Assembly (NCBI RefSeq): GCF_009914755.1
Contig: NC_060925.1
Source of the DNA: the human T2T-CHM13v2.0 reference genome, Homo sapiens
DNA length: 64,000 nt
Direction: 5' to 3' (one strand)
Position numbers and translations under genes: made by a program. This document shows, one piece after another, positions 44,246-60,100 of this stretch (positions are counted from its first letter, which is position 1; each line of letters begins with the position of its first letter). The notes under the pieces are model-generated. The model ran no database searches, had not been told where the DNA came from, and worked only from the letters and a program-made list of their open reading frames with translations.

Positions 44246-45308
44246 ATGGAATCGTCATCGAATGAATTGAATGCAATCATCGAATGGTCTCGAATGGAAT
44301 CATCTTCTAATGGAAAGGAATGGAATCATCGCATAGAATCGAATGGAATTATCATCGAATGGAATCGAATGGTATCAACACCAAACGGAAAAAAACGGAA
44401 TTATCGAATGGAATCGAAGAGAATCTTCGAACGGACCCGAATGGAATCATCTAATGGAATGGAATGGAATAATCCATGGACTCGAATGCAATCATCATCG
44501 AATGGAATCGAATGGAATCATCGAATGGACTCGAATGGAATAATCATTGAACGGAATCGAATGGAATCATCATCGGATGGAAACGAATGGAATCATCATC
44601 GAATGGAAATGAAAGGAGTCATCATCTAATGGAATTGCATGGAATCATCATAAAATGGAATCGAATGGAATCAACATCAAATGGAATCAAATGGAATCAT
44701 TGAACGGAATTGAATGGAATCGTCATCAAATGAATTGACTGCAATCATCGAATGGTCTCGAATGGAATCATCTTCAAATGGAATGGAATGGAATCATCGC
44801 ATAGAATCGAATGGAATTATCATCGAATGGAATCGAATGGAATCAACATCAAACGGAAAAAAACGGAATTATCGAATGGAATCGAAGAGAATCATCGAAT
44901 GGACCCGAATGGAATCATATAATGGAATGGAATGGAATAATCCATGGACTCGAATGCAATCATCATCGAATGGAATCGAATGGAATCATCGAATGAACTC
45001 GAATGGAATCATCATTGAATGGAATCGAATGGAATCATCGAGTGGAATCGAATGGAATTATGATCAAATGGAATCGAATGTAATCATCATCAAATGGAAT
45101 CAAAAATAACCATCATCAATTGGTATTGTATGGAATTGTCATCAAATGGAATTCAAAGGAATCATCATCAAATGGAACCGAATGGAATCCTCATTGAATG
45201 GAAATGAAAGGGGTCATCATCTAATGGAATCGCATGGAATCATCATCAAATGGAATCGAATGGAATCATCATCAAATGGAATCTAATGGAATCATTGAAC
45301 AGAATTGA
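44246..45308 (+). repeat. Truncated 1063-bp unit (713-bp deletion)
   Basis: Anchor spacing is 1063, with the same junction at ~44995. Confidence 0.9.
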
Positions 45309-47084
45309 ATGGAATCGTCATCGAATGAATTGAATGCAATCATCGAATGGTCTCGAATGGAATCATCTTCTAATGGAAAGGAACGGAATCATCGCATAGA
45401 ATCGAATGGAATTATCATCGAATGGAATCGAATGGTATCAACACCAAACGGAAAAAAACGGAATTATCGAATGGAATCGAAGAGAATCTTCGAACGGACC
45501 CGAATGGAATCATCTAATGGAATGGAATGGAATAATCCATGGACTCGAATGCAATCATCATCGAATGGAATCGAATGGAATCATCGAATGGACTCGAATG
45601 GAATAATCATTGAACGGAATCGAATGGAATCATCATCGGATGGAAACGAATGGAATCATGATCGAATGGAAATGAAAGGAGTCATCATCTAATGGAATTG
45701 CATGGAATCATCATAAAATGGAATCGAATGGAATCAACATCAAATGGATTCAAATGGAATCATTGAACGGAATTGAATGGAATCGTCATCGAATGAATTG
45801 ACTGCAATCATCGAATGGTCTCGAATGGAATCATCTTCAAATGGAATGGAATGGAATCATCGCATAGAATCGAATGGAATTATCATCGAATGGAATCGAA
45901 TGGAATCAACATCAAACGGAAAAAAACGGAATTATCGAATGGAATCGAAGAGAATCATCGAATGGACCCGAATGGAATCATCTAATGGAATGGAATGGAA
46001 TAATCCATGGACTCGAATGCAATCATCATCGAATGGAATCGAATGGAATCATCGAATGGACTCGAATGGAATAATCATTGAACGGAAACGAATGGAATCA
46101 TCATCGGATGGAAATGAATGGAATCATCATCGAATGGAATCGAATAGAATTATGGAATGAAATCCAGTGTGATCATCATTGAATGGACCCGAATGGAATC
46201 ATCATCCAACGGAAGCTAATGGAATCAACATCGAATGAATCGAATGGAAACACCATCGAATTGAAACGAATGGAATTATCATGAAATTGAAATGGATGGA
46301 CTCATCATCGAATGGATTCGAATGGAATCATCGAACAAAATTGATTGAAATCATCATCGAATGGAATCGAATGGTATCATTGAATGGAATCGAATGGAAT
46401 CATCATCAGATGGAAATGAATGGAATCGTCATAGAATGGAATCGAATGGATTCATTGAATGGAATCAGATGGAATCATCGAATGGACTGGAATGGAATCA
46501 TTGAATGGACTCGAAAGGGATCATGATTGAATGGAATTGAATGGAATCATCGAATGGTCTCGATTGGAATCATTATCAAATGGAATCGAATGGAATCACC
46601 GAATAGAATCGAATGGAACAATCATCGAATGGACTCAAATGGAATTATCCTCAAATGGAATCGAATGGAATTATCGAATGCAATCGAATGGAATTATCGA
46701 ATGCAATCGAATAGAATCATCGAATGGACACGAATGGAATCATCGAATAGAATGGAATGGAACAGTCAATGAACTCGAATGGAATCATCATTGAATGGAA
46801 TCGAATGGAATCATCGAGTGGAATCGAATGGAATTATGATCAAATGGAATCGAATGTAATCATCATCAAAAGGAATCAAAAATAACCATCATCAATTGGT
46901 ATTGAATGGAATTGTCATCAAATGGAATTCAAAGGAATCATCATCAAATGGAACCGAATGGAATCCTCATTGAATGGAAATGAAAGGGGTCATCATCTAA
47001 TGGAATCGCATGGAATCATCATCAAATGGAATCGAATGGAATCATCATCAAATGGAATCTAATGGAATCATTGAACAGAATTGA

Positions 47085-48147
47085 ATGGAATGGTCATCGA
47101 ATGAATTGAATGCAATCATCGAATGGTCTCGAATGGAATCATCTTCTAATGGAAAGGAATGGAATCATCGCATAGAATCGAATGGAATTATCATCGAATG
47201 GAATCGAATGGTATCAACACCAAACGGAAAAAAACGGAATTATCGAATGGAATCGAAGAGAATCTTCGAACGGACCCGAATGGAATCATCTAATGGAATG
47301 GAATGGAATAATCCATGGACTCGAATGCAATCATCATCGAATGGAATCGAATGGAATCATCGAATGGACTCGAATGGAATAATCATTGAACGGAATCGAA
47401 TGGAATCATCATCGGATGGAAACGAATGGAATCATCATCGAATGGAAATGAAAGGAGTCATCATCTAATGGAATTGCATGGAATCATCATAAAATGGAAT
47501 CGAATGGAATCAACATCAAATGGAATCAAATGGAATCATTGAACGGAATTGAATGGAATCGTCATCGAATGAATTGACTGCAATCATCGAATGGTCTCGA
47601 ATGGAATCATCTTCAAATGGAATGGAATGGAATCATCGCATAAAATCGAATGGAATTATCATCGAATGGAATCGAATGGAATCAACATCAAACGGAAAAA
47701 AACGGAATTATCGAATGGAATCGAAGAGAATCATCGAATGGACCCGAATGGAATCATCTAATGGAATGGAATGGAATAATCCATGGACTCGAATGCAATC
47801 ATCATCGAATGGAATCGAATGGAATCATCGAATGAACTCGAATGGAATCATCATTGAATGGAATCGAATGGAATCATCGAGTGGAATCGAATGGAATTAT
47901 GATCAAATGGAATCGAATGTAATCATCATCAAATGGAATCAAAAATAACCATCATCAATTGGTATTGAATGGAATTGTCATCAAATGGAATTCAAAGGAA
48001 TCATCATCAAATGGAACCGAATGGAATCCTCATTGAATGGAAATGAAAGGGGTCATCATCTAATGGAATCACATGGAATCATCATCAAATGGAATCGAAT
48101 GGAATCATCATCAAATGGAATCTAATGGAATCATTGAACAGAATTGA
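47085..48147 (+). repeat. Truncated 1063-bp unit (713-bp deletion)
   Basis: Anchor spacing is 1063, with the same junction at ~47834. Confidence 0.9.
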
Positions 48148-51100
48148 ATGGAATCGTCATCGAATGAATTGAATGCAATCATCGAATGGTCTCGAATGGA
48201 ATCATCTTCTAATGGAAAGGAATGGAATCATCGCATAGAATCGAATGGAATTATCATCGAATGGAATCGAATGGTATCAACACCAAACGGAAAAAAACGG
48301 AATTATCGAATGGAATCGAAGAGAATCTTCGAACGGACCCGAATGGAATCATCTAATGGAATGGAATGGAATAATCCATGGACTCGAATGCAATCATCAT
48401 CGAATGGAATCGAATGGAATCATCGAATGGACTTGAATGGAATAATCATTGAACGGAATCGAATGGAATCATCATCGGATGGAAACGAATGGAATCATCA
48501 TCGAATGGAAATGAAAGGAGTCATCATCTAATGGAATTGCATGGAATCATCATAAAATGGAATCGAATGGAATCAACATCAAATGGAATCAAATGGAATC
48601 ATTGAACGGAATTGAATGGAATCGTCATCGAATGAATTGACTGCAATCATCGAATGTTCTCGAATGGAATCATCTTCAAATGGAATGGAATGGAATCATC
48701 GCATAGAATCGAATGGAATTATCATCGAATGGAATCGAATGGAATCAACATCAAACGGAAAAAAACGGAATTATCGTATGGAATCGAAGAGAATCATCGA
48801 ATGGACCCGAATGGAATCATCTAATAGAATGGAATGGAATAATCCATGGACTCGAATGCAATCATCATCGAATGGAATCGAATGGAATCATCGAATGGAC
48901 TCGAATGGAATAATCATTGAACGGAATCGAATGGAATCATCATCGGATGGAAATGAATGGAATCATCATCGAATGGAATCGAATAGAATTATGGAATGAA
49001 ATCCAGTGTGATCATCATCGAATGGACCCGAGTGGAATCATCATCCAACGGAAGCTAATGGAATCAACATCGAATGAATCGAATGGAAACACCATCGAAT
49101 TGAAACGAATGGAATTATCATGAAACTGAAATGGATGGACTCATCATCGAATGGATTCGAATGGAATCATCGAATAAAATTTATTGAAATCATCATCAAA
49201 TGGAATCGAATGGTATCATTGAATGGAATCGAATGGAATCATCATCAGATGGAAATGAATGGAATCGTCATAGAATGGAATCGAATGGATTCATTGAATG
49301 GAATCAGATGGAATCATCGAATGGACTGGAATGGAATCATTGAATGGACTCGAAAGGGATCATGATTGAATGGAATTGAATGGAATCATCGAATGGTCTC
49401 GATTGGAATCATTACCAAATGGAATCGAATGGAATCACCGAATAGAATCGAATGGAACAATCATCGAATGGACTCAAATGGAATTATCCTCAAATGGAAT
49501 CGAATGGAATTATCGAATACAATCGAATGGAATTATCGAATGCAATCGAATAGAATCATCGAAAGGATTCGAATGGAATCATCGAATGGAATGGAATGGA
49601 ACAGTCAATGAACTCGAATGGAATCATCATTGAATGGAATCGAATGGAATCATCGAGTGGAATCGAATGGAATTATGATCAAATGGAATCGAATGTAATC
49701 ATCATCAAATGGAATCAAAAATAACCATCATCAATTGGTATTGAATGGAATTGTCATCAAATGGAATTCAAAGGAATCATCATCAAATGGAACCGAATGG
49801 AATCCTCATTGAATGGAAATGAAAGGGGTCATCATCTAATGGAATCGCATGGAATCATCATCAAATGGAATCGAATGGAATCATCATCAAATGGAATCTA
49901 ATGGAATCATTGAACAGAATTGAATGGAATCGTCATCGAATGAATTGAATGCAATCATCGAATGGTCTCGAATGGAATCATCTTCTAATGGAAAGGAATG
50001 GAATCATCGCATAGAATCGAATGGAATTATCATCGAATGGAATCGAATGGTATCAACACCAAACGGAAAAAAATGGAATTATCGAATGGAATCGAAGAGA
50101 ATCTTCGAACGGACCCGAATGGAATCATCTAATGGAATGGAATGGAATAATCCATGGACTCGAATGCAATCATCATCGAATGGAATCGAATGGAGTCATC
50201 GAATGGACTCGAATGCAATAATCATTGAACGGAATCGAATGGAATCATCATCGGATGGAAACGAATGGAATCATCATCGAATGGAAATGAAAGGAGTCAT
50301 CATCTAATGGAATTGCATGGAATCATCATAAAATGGAATCGAATGGAATCAACATCAAATGGAATCAAATGGAATCATTGAACGGAATTGAATGGAATCG
50401 TCATCGAATGAATTGACTGCAATCATCGAATGGTCTCGAATGGAATCATCTTCAAATGGAATGGAATGGAATCATCGCATAGAATCGAATGGAATTATCA
50501 TCGAATGGAATCGAATGGAATCAACATCAAACGGAAAAAAACAGAATTATCGAATGGAATCGAAGAGAATCATCGAATGGACCCGAATGGAATCATCTAA
50601 TGGAATGGAATGGAATAATCCATGGACTCGAATGCAATCATCATCGAATGGAATCGAATGGAATCATCGAATGGACTCGAATGGAATAATCATTGAACGG
50701 AATCGAATGGAATCATCATCGGATGGAAATGAATGGAATCATCATCGAATGGAATCGAATAGAATTATGGAATGAAATCCAGTGTGATCATCATCGAATG
50801 GACCCGAATGGAATCATCATCCAACGGAAGCTAATGGAATCAACATCGAATGAATCGAATGGAAACACCATCGAATTGAAACGAATGGAATTATCATGAA
50901 ATTGAAACGGATGGACACATCATCGAATGGATTCGAATGGAATCATCGAATAAAATTGATTGAAATCATCATCCAATGGAATCGAATGGTATCATTGAAT
51001 GGAATCGAATGGAATCATCATCAGATGGAAATGAATGGAATCGTCACAGAATGGAATCGAATGGATTCATTGAATGGAATCAGATGGAATCATCGAATGG

Positions 51101-54100
51101 ACTGGAATGGAATCATTGAATGGACTCGAAAGGGATCATGATTGAATGGAATTGAATGGAATCATCGAATGGTCTCGATTGGAATCATTATCAAATGGAA
51201 TCGAATGGAATCACCGAATAGAATCGAATGGAACAATCATCGAATGGACTCAAATGGAATTATCCTCCAATGGAATCGAATGGAATTATCGAATGCAATC
51301 GAATGGAATTATCGAATGCAATCGAATAGAATCATCGAATGGACTCGAATGGAATCATCGAATGGAATGGAATGGAACAGTCAATGAACTCGAATGGAAT
51401 CATCATTGAATGGAATCGAATGGAATCATCGAGTGGAATCGAATGGAATTATGATCAAATGGAATCGAATGTAATCATCATCAGATGGAATCAAAAATAA
51501 CCATCATCAATTGGTATTGAATGGAATTGTCATCAAATGGAATTCAAAGGAATCATCATCAAATGGAACCGAATGGAATCCTCATTGAATGGAAATGAAA
51601 GGGGTCATCATCTAATGGAATCGCATGGAATCATCATCAAATGGAATCGAATGGAATCATCATCAAATGGAATCTAATGGAATCATTGAACAGAATTGAA
51701 TGGAATCTTCATCGAATGAATTGAATGCAATCATCGAATGGCCTCGAATGGAATCATCTTCTAATGGAAAGGAATGGAATCATCGCATAGAATCGAATGG
51801 AATTATCATCGAATGGAATCGAATGGTATCAACACCAAACGGAAAAAAACGGAATTATCGAATGGAATCGAAGAGAATCTTCGAACGGACCCGAATGGAA
51901 TCATCTAATGGAATGGAATGGAATAATCCATGGACTCGAATGCAATCATCATCGAATGGAATCGAATGGAATCATCGAATGGACTCGAATGGAATAATCA
52001 TTGAACTGAATCGAATGGAATCATCATCGGATGGAAACGAATGGAATCATCATCGAATGGAAATGAAAGGAGTCATCATCTAATGGAATTGCATGGAATC
52101 ATCATCAAATGGAATCGAATGGAATCAACATCAAATGGAATCAAATGGAATCATTCAACGGAATTGAATGGAATCGTCATCGAATGAATTGACTGCAATC
52201 ATCGAATGGTCTCGAATGGAATCATCTTCAAATGGAATGGAATGGAATCATCGCATAGAATCGAATGGAATTATCATCGAATGGAATCGAATGGAATCAA
52301 CATCAAACGGAAAAAAACGGAATTATCGAATGGAATCGAAGAGAATCATCGAATGGACCCGAATGGAATCATCTAATGGAATGGAATGGAATAATCCATG
52401 GACTCGAATGCAATCATCATCGAATGGAATCGAATGGAATCATCGAATGGACTCGAATGGAATAATCATTGAACGGAATCGAATGGAATCATCATCGGAT
52501 GGAAATGAATGGAATCATCATCGAATGGAATCGAATAGAATTATGGAATGAAATCCAGTGTGATCATCATCGAATGGACCCGAATGGAATCATCATCCAA
52601 CGGAAGCTAATGGAATCAACATCGAATGAATCGAATGGAAACACCATCGAATTGAAACGAATGGAATTATCATGAAATTGAAATGGATGGACTCATCATC
52701 GAATGGATTCGAATGGAATCATCGAATAAAATTGATTGAAATCATCATCCAATGGAATCGAATGGTATCATTGAATGGAATCGAATGGAATCATCATCAG
52801 ATGGAAATGAATGGAATCGTCATAGAATGGAATCGAATGGATTCATTGAATGGAATCAGATGGAATCATCGAATGGACTGGAATGGAATCATTGAATGGA
52901 CTCGAAAGGGATCATGATTGAATGGAATTGAATGGAATCATCGAATGGTCTCGATTGGAATCATTATCAAATGGAATCGAATGGAATCACCGAATAGAAT
53001 CGAATGGAACAATCATCGAATGGACTCAAATGGAATTATCCTCCAATGGAATCGAATGGAATTATCGAATGCAATCGAATGGAATTATCGAATGCAATCG
53101 AATAGAATCATCGAATGGACTCGAATGGAATCATCGAATGGAATGGAATGGAACAGTCAATGAACTCGAATGGAATCATCATTGAATGGAATCGAATGAA
53201 ATCATCGAGTGGAATCGAATGGAATTATGATCAAATGGAATCTAATGTAATCATCATCCAATGGAATCAAAAATAACCATCATCAGTTGGTATTGAATGG
53301 AATTGTCATCAAATGGAATTCAAAGGAATCATCATCAAATGGAACCGAATGGAATCCTCATTGAATGGAAATGAAAGGGGTCATCATCTAACGGAATCGC
53401 ATGGAATCATCATCAAATGGAATCTAATGGAATCATTGAACAGAATTGAATGGAATCGTCATCGAATGAATTGAATGCAATCATCGAATGGTCTCGAATG
53501 GAATCATCTTCTAATGGAAAGGAATGGAATCATCGCATAGAATCGAATGGAATTATCATCGAATGGAATCGAATGGTATCAACACCAAACGGAAAAAAAC
53601 GGAATTATCGAATGGAATCGAAGAGAATCTTCGAACGGACCCGAATGGAATCATCTAATGGAATGGAATGGAATAATCCATGGACTCGAATGCAATCATC
53701 ATCGAATGGAATGGAATGGAATCATCGAATGGACTCGAATGGAATAATCATTGAACGGAATCGAATGGAATCATCATCGGATGGAAACGAATGGAATCAT
53801 CATCGAATGGAAATGAAAGGAGTCATCATCTAATGGAATTGCATGGAATCATCATCAAATGGAATCGAATGGAATCAACATCAAATGGAATCAAATGGAA
53901 TCATTGAACGGAATTGAATGGAATCGTCATCGAATGAATTGACTGCAATCATCGAATGGTCTCGAATGGAATCATCTTCAAATGGAATGGAATGGAATCA
54001 TCGCATAGAATCGAATGGAATTATCATCGAATGGAATCGAATGGAATCAACATCAAACGGAAAAAAACGGAATTATCGAATGGAATTGAAGAGAATCATC

Positions 54101-57100
54101 GAATGGACCCGAATGGAATCATCTAATGGAATGGAATGGAATAATCCATGGACTCGAATGCAATCATCATCGAATGGAATCGAATGGAATCATCGAATGG
54201 ACTCGAATGGAATAATCATTGAACGGAATCGAATGGAATCATCATCGGATGGAAATGAATGGAATCATCATCGAATGGAATCGAATAGAATTATGGAATG
54301 AAATCCAGTGTGATCATCATCGAATGGACCCGAATGGAATCATCATCCAACGGAAGCTAATGGAATCAACATCGAATGAATCGAATGGAAACACCATCGA
54401 ATTGAAACGAATGGAATTATCATGAAATTGAAATGGATGGACTCATCATCGAATGGATTCGAATGGAATCATCGAATAAAATTGATTGAAATCATCATCC
54501 AATGGAATCGAATGGTATCATTGAATGGAATCGAATGGAATCATCATCAGATGGAAATGAATGGAATCGTCATAGAATGGAATCGAATGGATTCATTGAA
54601 TGGAATCAGACGGAATCATCGAATGGACTGGAATGGAATCATTGAATGGACTCGAAAGGGATCATGATTGAATGGAATTGAATGGAATCATCGAATGGTC
54701 TCGATTGGAATCATTATCAAATGGAATCGAATGGAATCACCGAATAGAATCGAATGGAACAATCATCGAATGGACTCAAATGGAATTATCCTCCAATGGA
54801 ATCGAATGGAATTATCGAATGCAATCGAATGGAATTATCGAATGCAATCGAATAGAATCATCGAATGGACTCGAATGGAATCATCGAATGGAATGGAATG
54901 GAACAGTCAATGAACTCGAATGGAATCATCATTGAATGGAATCGAATGGAATCATCGAGTGGAATCGAATGGAATTATGATCAAATGGAATCGAATGTAA
55001 TCCTCATCAAATGGAATCAAAAATAACCATCATCAATTGGTATTGAATGGAATTGTCATCAAATGCAATTCAAAGGAATCATCATCAAATGGAACCGAAT
55101 GGAATCCTCATTGAATGGAAATGAAAGGGGTCATCATCTAATGGAATCGCATGGAATCATCATCAAATGGAATCGAATGGAATCATCATCAAATGGAATC
55201 TAATGGAATCATTGAACAGAATTGAATGGAATCGTCATCGAATGAATTGAATGCAATCATCGAATGGTCTCGAATGGAATCATCTTCTAATGGAAAGGAA
55301 CGGAATCATCGCATAGAATCGAATGGAATTATCATCGAATGGAATCGAATGGTATCAACACCAAACGGAAAAAAACGGAATTATCGAATGGAATCGAAGA
55401 GAATCTTCGAACGGACCCGAATGGAATCATCTAATGGAATGGAATGGAATAATCCATGGACTCGAATGCAATCATCATCGAATGGAATGGAATGGAATCA
55501 TCGAATGGACTCGAATGGAATAATCATTGAACGGAATCGAATGGAATCATCATCGGATGGAAACGAATGGAATCATCATCGAATGGAAATGAAAGGAGTC
55601 ATCATCTAATGGAATTGCATGGAATCATCATCAAATGGAATCGAATGGAATCAACATCAAATGGAATCAAATGGAATCATTGAACGGAATTGAATGGAAT
55701 CGTCATCGAATGAATTGACTGCAATCATCGAATGGTCTCGAATGGAATCATCTTCAAATGGAATGGAATGGAATCATCGCATAGAATCGAATGGAATTAT
55801 CATCGAATGGAATCGAATGGAATCAACATCAAACGGAAAAAAACGGAATTATCGAATGGAATCGAAGAGAATCATCGAATGGACCCGAATGGAATCATCT
55901 AATGGAATGGAATGGAATAATCCATGGACTCGAATGCAATCATCATCGAATGGAATCGAATGGAATCATCGAATGGACTCGAATGGAATAATCATTGAAC
56001 GGAATCGAATGGAATCATCATCGGATGGAAATGAATGGAATCATCATCGAATGGAATCGAATAGAATTATGGAATGAAATCCAGTGTGATCATCATCGAA
56101 TGTACCCGAATGGAATCATCATCCAACGGAAGCTAATGGAATCAACATCGAATGAATCGAATGGAAACACCATCGAATTGAAACGAATGGAATTATCATG
56201 AAATTGAAATGGATGGACTCATCATGGAATGGGTTCGAATAGAATCATCGAATAAAATTGATTGAAATCATCATCCAATGGAATCGAATGGTATCATTGA
56301 ATGGAATCGAATGGAATCATCATCAGATGGAAATGAATGGAATCGTCATAGAATGGAATCGAATGGATTCATTGAATGGAATCAGATGGAATCATCGAAT
56401 GGACTGAAATGGAATCATTGAATGGACTCGAAAGGGATCATGATTGAATGGAATTGAATGGAATCATCGAATGGTCTCGATTGGAATCATTATCAAATGG
56501 AATGGAATGGAATCACCGAATAGAATCGAATGGAACAATCATCGAATGGACTCAAATGGAATTATCCTCCAATGGAATCGAATGGAATTATCGAATGCAA
56601 TCGAATGGAATTATCGAATGCAATCGAATAGAATCATCGAATGGACTCGAATGGAATCATCGAATGGAATGGAATGGAACAGTCAATGAACTCGAATGGA
56701 ATCATCATTGAATGGAATCGAATGGAATCATCGAGTGGAATCGAATGGAATTATGATCAAATGGAATCGAATGTAATCATCATCAAATGGAATCAAAAAT
56801 AACCATCATCAATTGGTATTGAATGGAATTGTCATCAAATGGAATTCAAAGGAATCATCATCAAATGGAACCGAATGGAATCCTCATTGAATGGAAATGA
56901 AAGGGGTCATCATCTAATGGAATCGCATGGAATCATCATCAAATGGAATCGAATGGAATCATCATCAAATGGAATCTAATGGAATCATTGAACAGAAATG
57001 AATGGAATCGTCATCGAATGAATTGAATGCAATCATCGAATGGTCTCGAATGGAATCATCTTCTAATGGAAAGGAATGGAATCATCGCATAGAATCGAAT

Positions 57101-60100
57101 GGAATTATCATCGAATGGAATCGAATGGTATCAACACCAAACGGAAAAAAACGGAATTATCGAATGGAATCGAAGAGAATCTTCGAACGGACCCGAATGG
57201 AATCATCTAATGGAATGGAATGGAATAATCCATGGACTCGAATGCAATCATCATCGAATGGAATGGAATGGAATCATCGAATGGACTCGAATGGAATAAT
57301 CATTGAACGGAATCGAATGGAATCATCATCGGATGGAAACGAATGGAATCATGATCGAATGGAAATGAAAGGAGTCATCATCTAATGGAATTGCATGGAA
57401 TCATCATAAAATGGAATCGAATGGAATCAACATCAAATGGAATCAAATGGAATCATTGAACGGAATTGAATGGAATCGTCATCGAATGAATTGACTGCAA
57501 TCATCGAATGGTCTCGAATGGAATCATCTTCAAATGGAATGGAATGGAATCATCGCATAGAATCGAATGGAATTATCATCGAATGGAATCGAATGGAATC
57601 AACATCAAACGGAAAAAAACGGAATTATCGAATGGAATCGAAGAGAATCATCGAATGGACCCGAATGGAATCATCTAATGGAATGGAATGGAATAATCCA
57701 TGGACTCGAATGCAATCATCATCGAATGGAATCGAATGGAATCATCGAATGGACTCGAATGGAATAATCATTGAACGGAATCGAATGGAATCATCATCGG
57801 ATGGAAATGAATGGAATCATCATCGAATGGAATCGAATAGAATTATGGAATGAAATCCAGTGTGATCATCATCGAATGGACCCGAATGGAATCATCATCC
57901 AACAGAAGCTAATGGAATCAACATCGAATGAATCGAATGGAAACACCATCGAATTGAAACGAATGGAATTATCATGAAATTGAAATGGATGGACTCATCA
58001 TCGAATGGATTCGAATGGAATCATCGAATAAAATTGATTGAAATCATCATCCAATGGAATCGAATGGTATCATTGAATGGAATCGAATGGAATCATCATC
58101 AGATGGAAATGAATGGAATCGTCATAAAATGGAATCGAATGGATTCATTGAATGGAATCAGATGGAATCATCGAATGGACTGGAATGGAATCATTGAATG
58201 GACTCGAAAGGGATCATGATTGAATGGAATTGAATGGAATCATCGAATGGTCTCGATTGGAATCATTATCAAATGGAATCGAATGGAATCACCGAATAGA
58301 ATCGAATGGAACAATCATCGAATGGACTCAAATGGAATTATCCTCCAATGGAATCGAATGGAATTATCGAATGCAATCGAATGGAATTATCGAATGCAAT
58401 CGAATAGAATCATCGAATGGACTCGAATGGAATCATCGAATGGAATGGAATGGAACAGTCAATGAACTCGAATGGAATCATCATTGAATGGAATCGAATG
58501 GAATCATCGAGTGGAATCGAATGGAATTATGATCAAATGGAATCTAATGTAATCATCATCAAATGGAATCAAAAATAACCATCATCAATTGGTATTGAAT
58601 GGAATTGTCATCAAATGGAATTCAAAGGAATCATCATCAAATGGAACCGAATGGAATCCTCATTGAATGGAAATGAAAGGGGTCATCATCTAACGGAATC
58701 GCATGGAATCATCATCAAATGGAATCTAATGGAATCATTGAACAGAATTGAATGGAATCGTCATCGAATGAATTGAATGCAATCATCGAATGGTCTCGAA
58801 TGGAATCATCTTCTAATGGAAAGGAATGGAATCATCGCATAGAATCGAATGGAATTATCATCGAATGGAATCGAATGGTATCAACACCAAACGGAAAAAA
58901 ACGGAATTATCGAATGGAATCGAAGAGAATCTTCGAACGGACCCGAATGGAATCATCTAATGGAATGGAATGGAATAATCCATGGACTCGAATGCAATCA
59001 TCATCGAATGGAATGGAATGGAATCATCGAATGGACTCGAATGGAATAATCATTGAACGGAATCGAATGGAATCATCATCGGATGGAAACGAATGGAATC
59101 ATCATCGAATGGAAATGAAAGGAGTCATCATCTAATGGAATTGCATGGAATCATCATAAAATGGAATCGAATGGAATCAACATCAAATGGAATCAAATGG
59201 AATCATTGAACGGAATTGAATGGAATCGTCATCGAATGAATTGACTGCAATCATCGAATGGTCTCGAATGGAATCATCTTCAAATGGAATGGAATGGAAT
59301 CATCGCATAGAATCGAATGGAATTATCATCGAATGGAATCGAATGGAATCAACATCAAACGGAAAAAAACGGAATTATCGAATGGAATCGAAGAGAATCA
59401 TCGAATGGACCCGAATGGAATCATCTAATGGAATGGAATGGAATAATCCATGGACTCGAATGCAATCATCATCGAATGGAATCGAATGGAATCATCGAAT
59501 GGACTCGAATGGAATAATCATTGAACGGAATCGAATGGAATCATCATCGGATGGAAATGAATGGAATCATCATCGAATGGAATCGAATAGAATTATGGAA
59601 TGAAATCCAGTGTGATCATCATCGAATGGACCCGAATGGAATCATCATCCAACGGAAGCTAATGGAATCAACATCGAATGAATCGAATGGAAACACCATC
59701 GAATTGAAACGAATGGAATTATCATGAAATTGAAATGGATGGACTCATCATCGAATGGATTCGAATGGAATCATCGAATAAAATTGATTGAAATCATCAT
59801 CGAATGGAATCGAATGGTATCATTGAATGGAATCGAATGGAATCATCATCAGATGGAAATGAATGGAATCGTCATAGAATGGAATCGAATGGATTCATTG
59901 AATGGAATCAGATGGAATCATCGAATGGACTGGAATGGAATCATTGAATGGACTCGAAAGGGATCATGATTGAATGGAATTGAATGGAATCATCGAATGG
60001 TCTCGATTGGAATCATTATCAAATGGAATCGAATGGAATCACCGAATAGAATCGAATGGAACAATCATCGAATGGACTCAAATGGAATTATCCTCAAATG

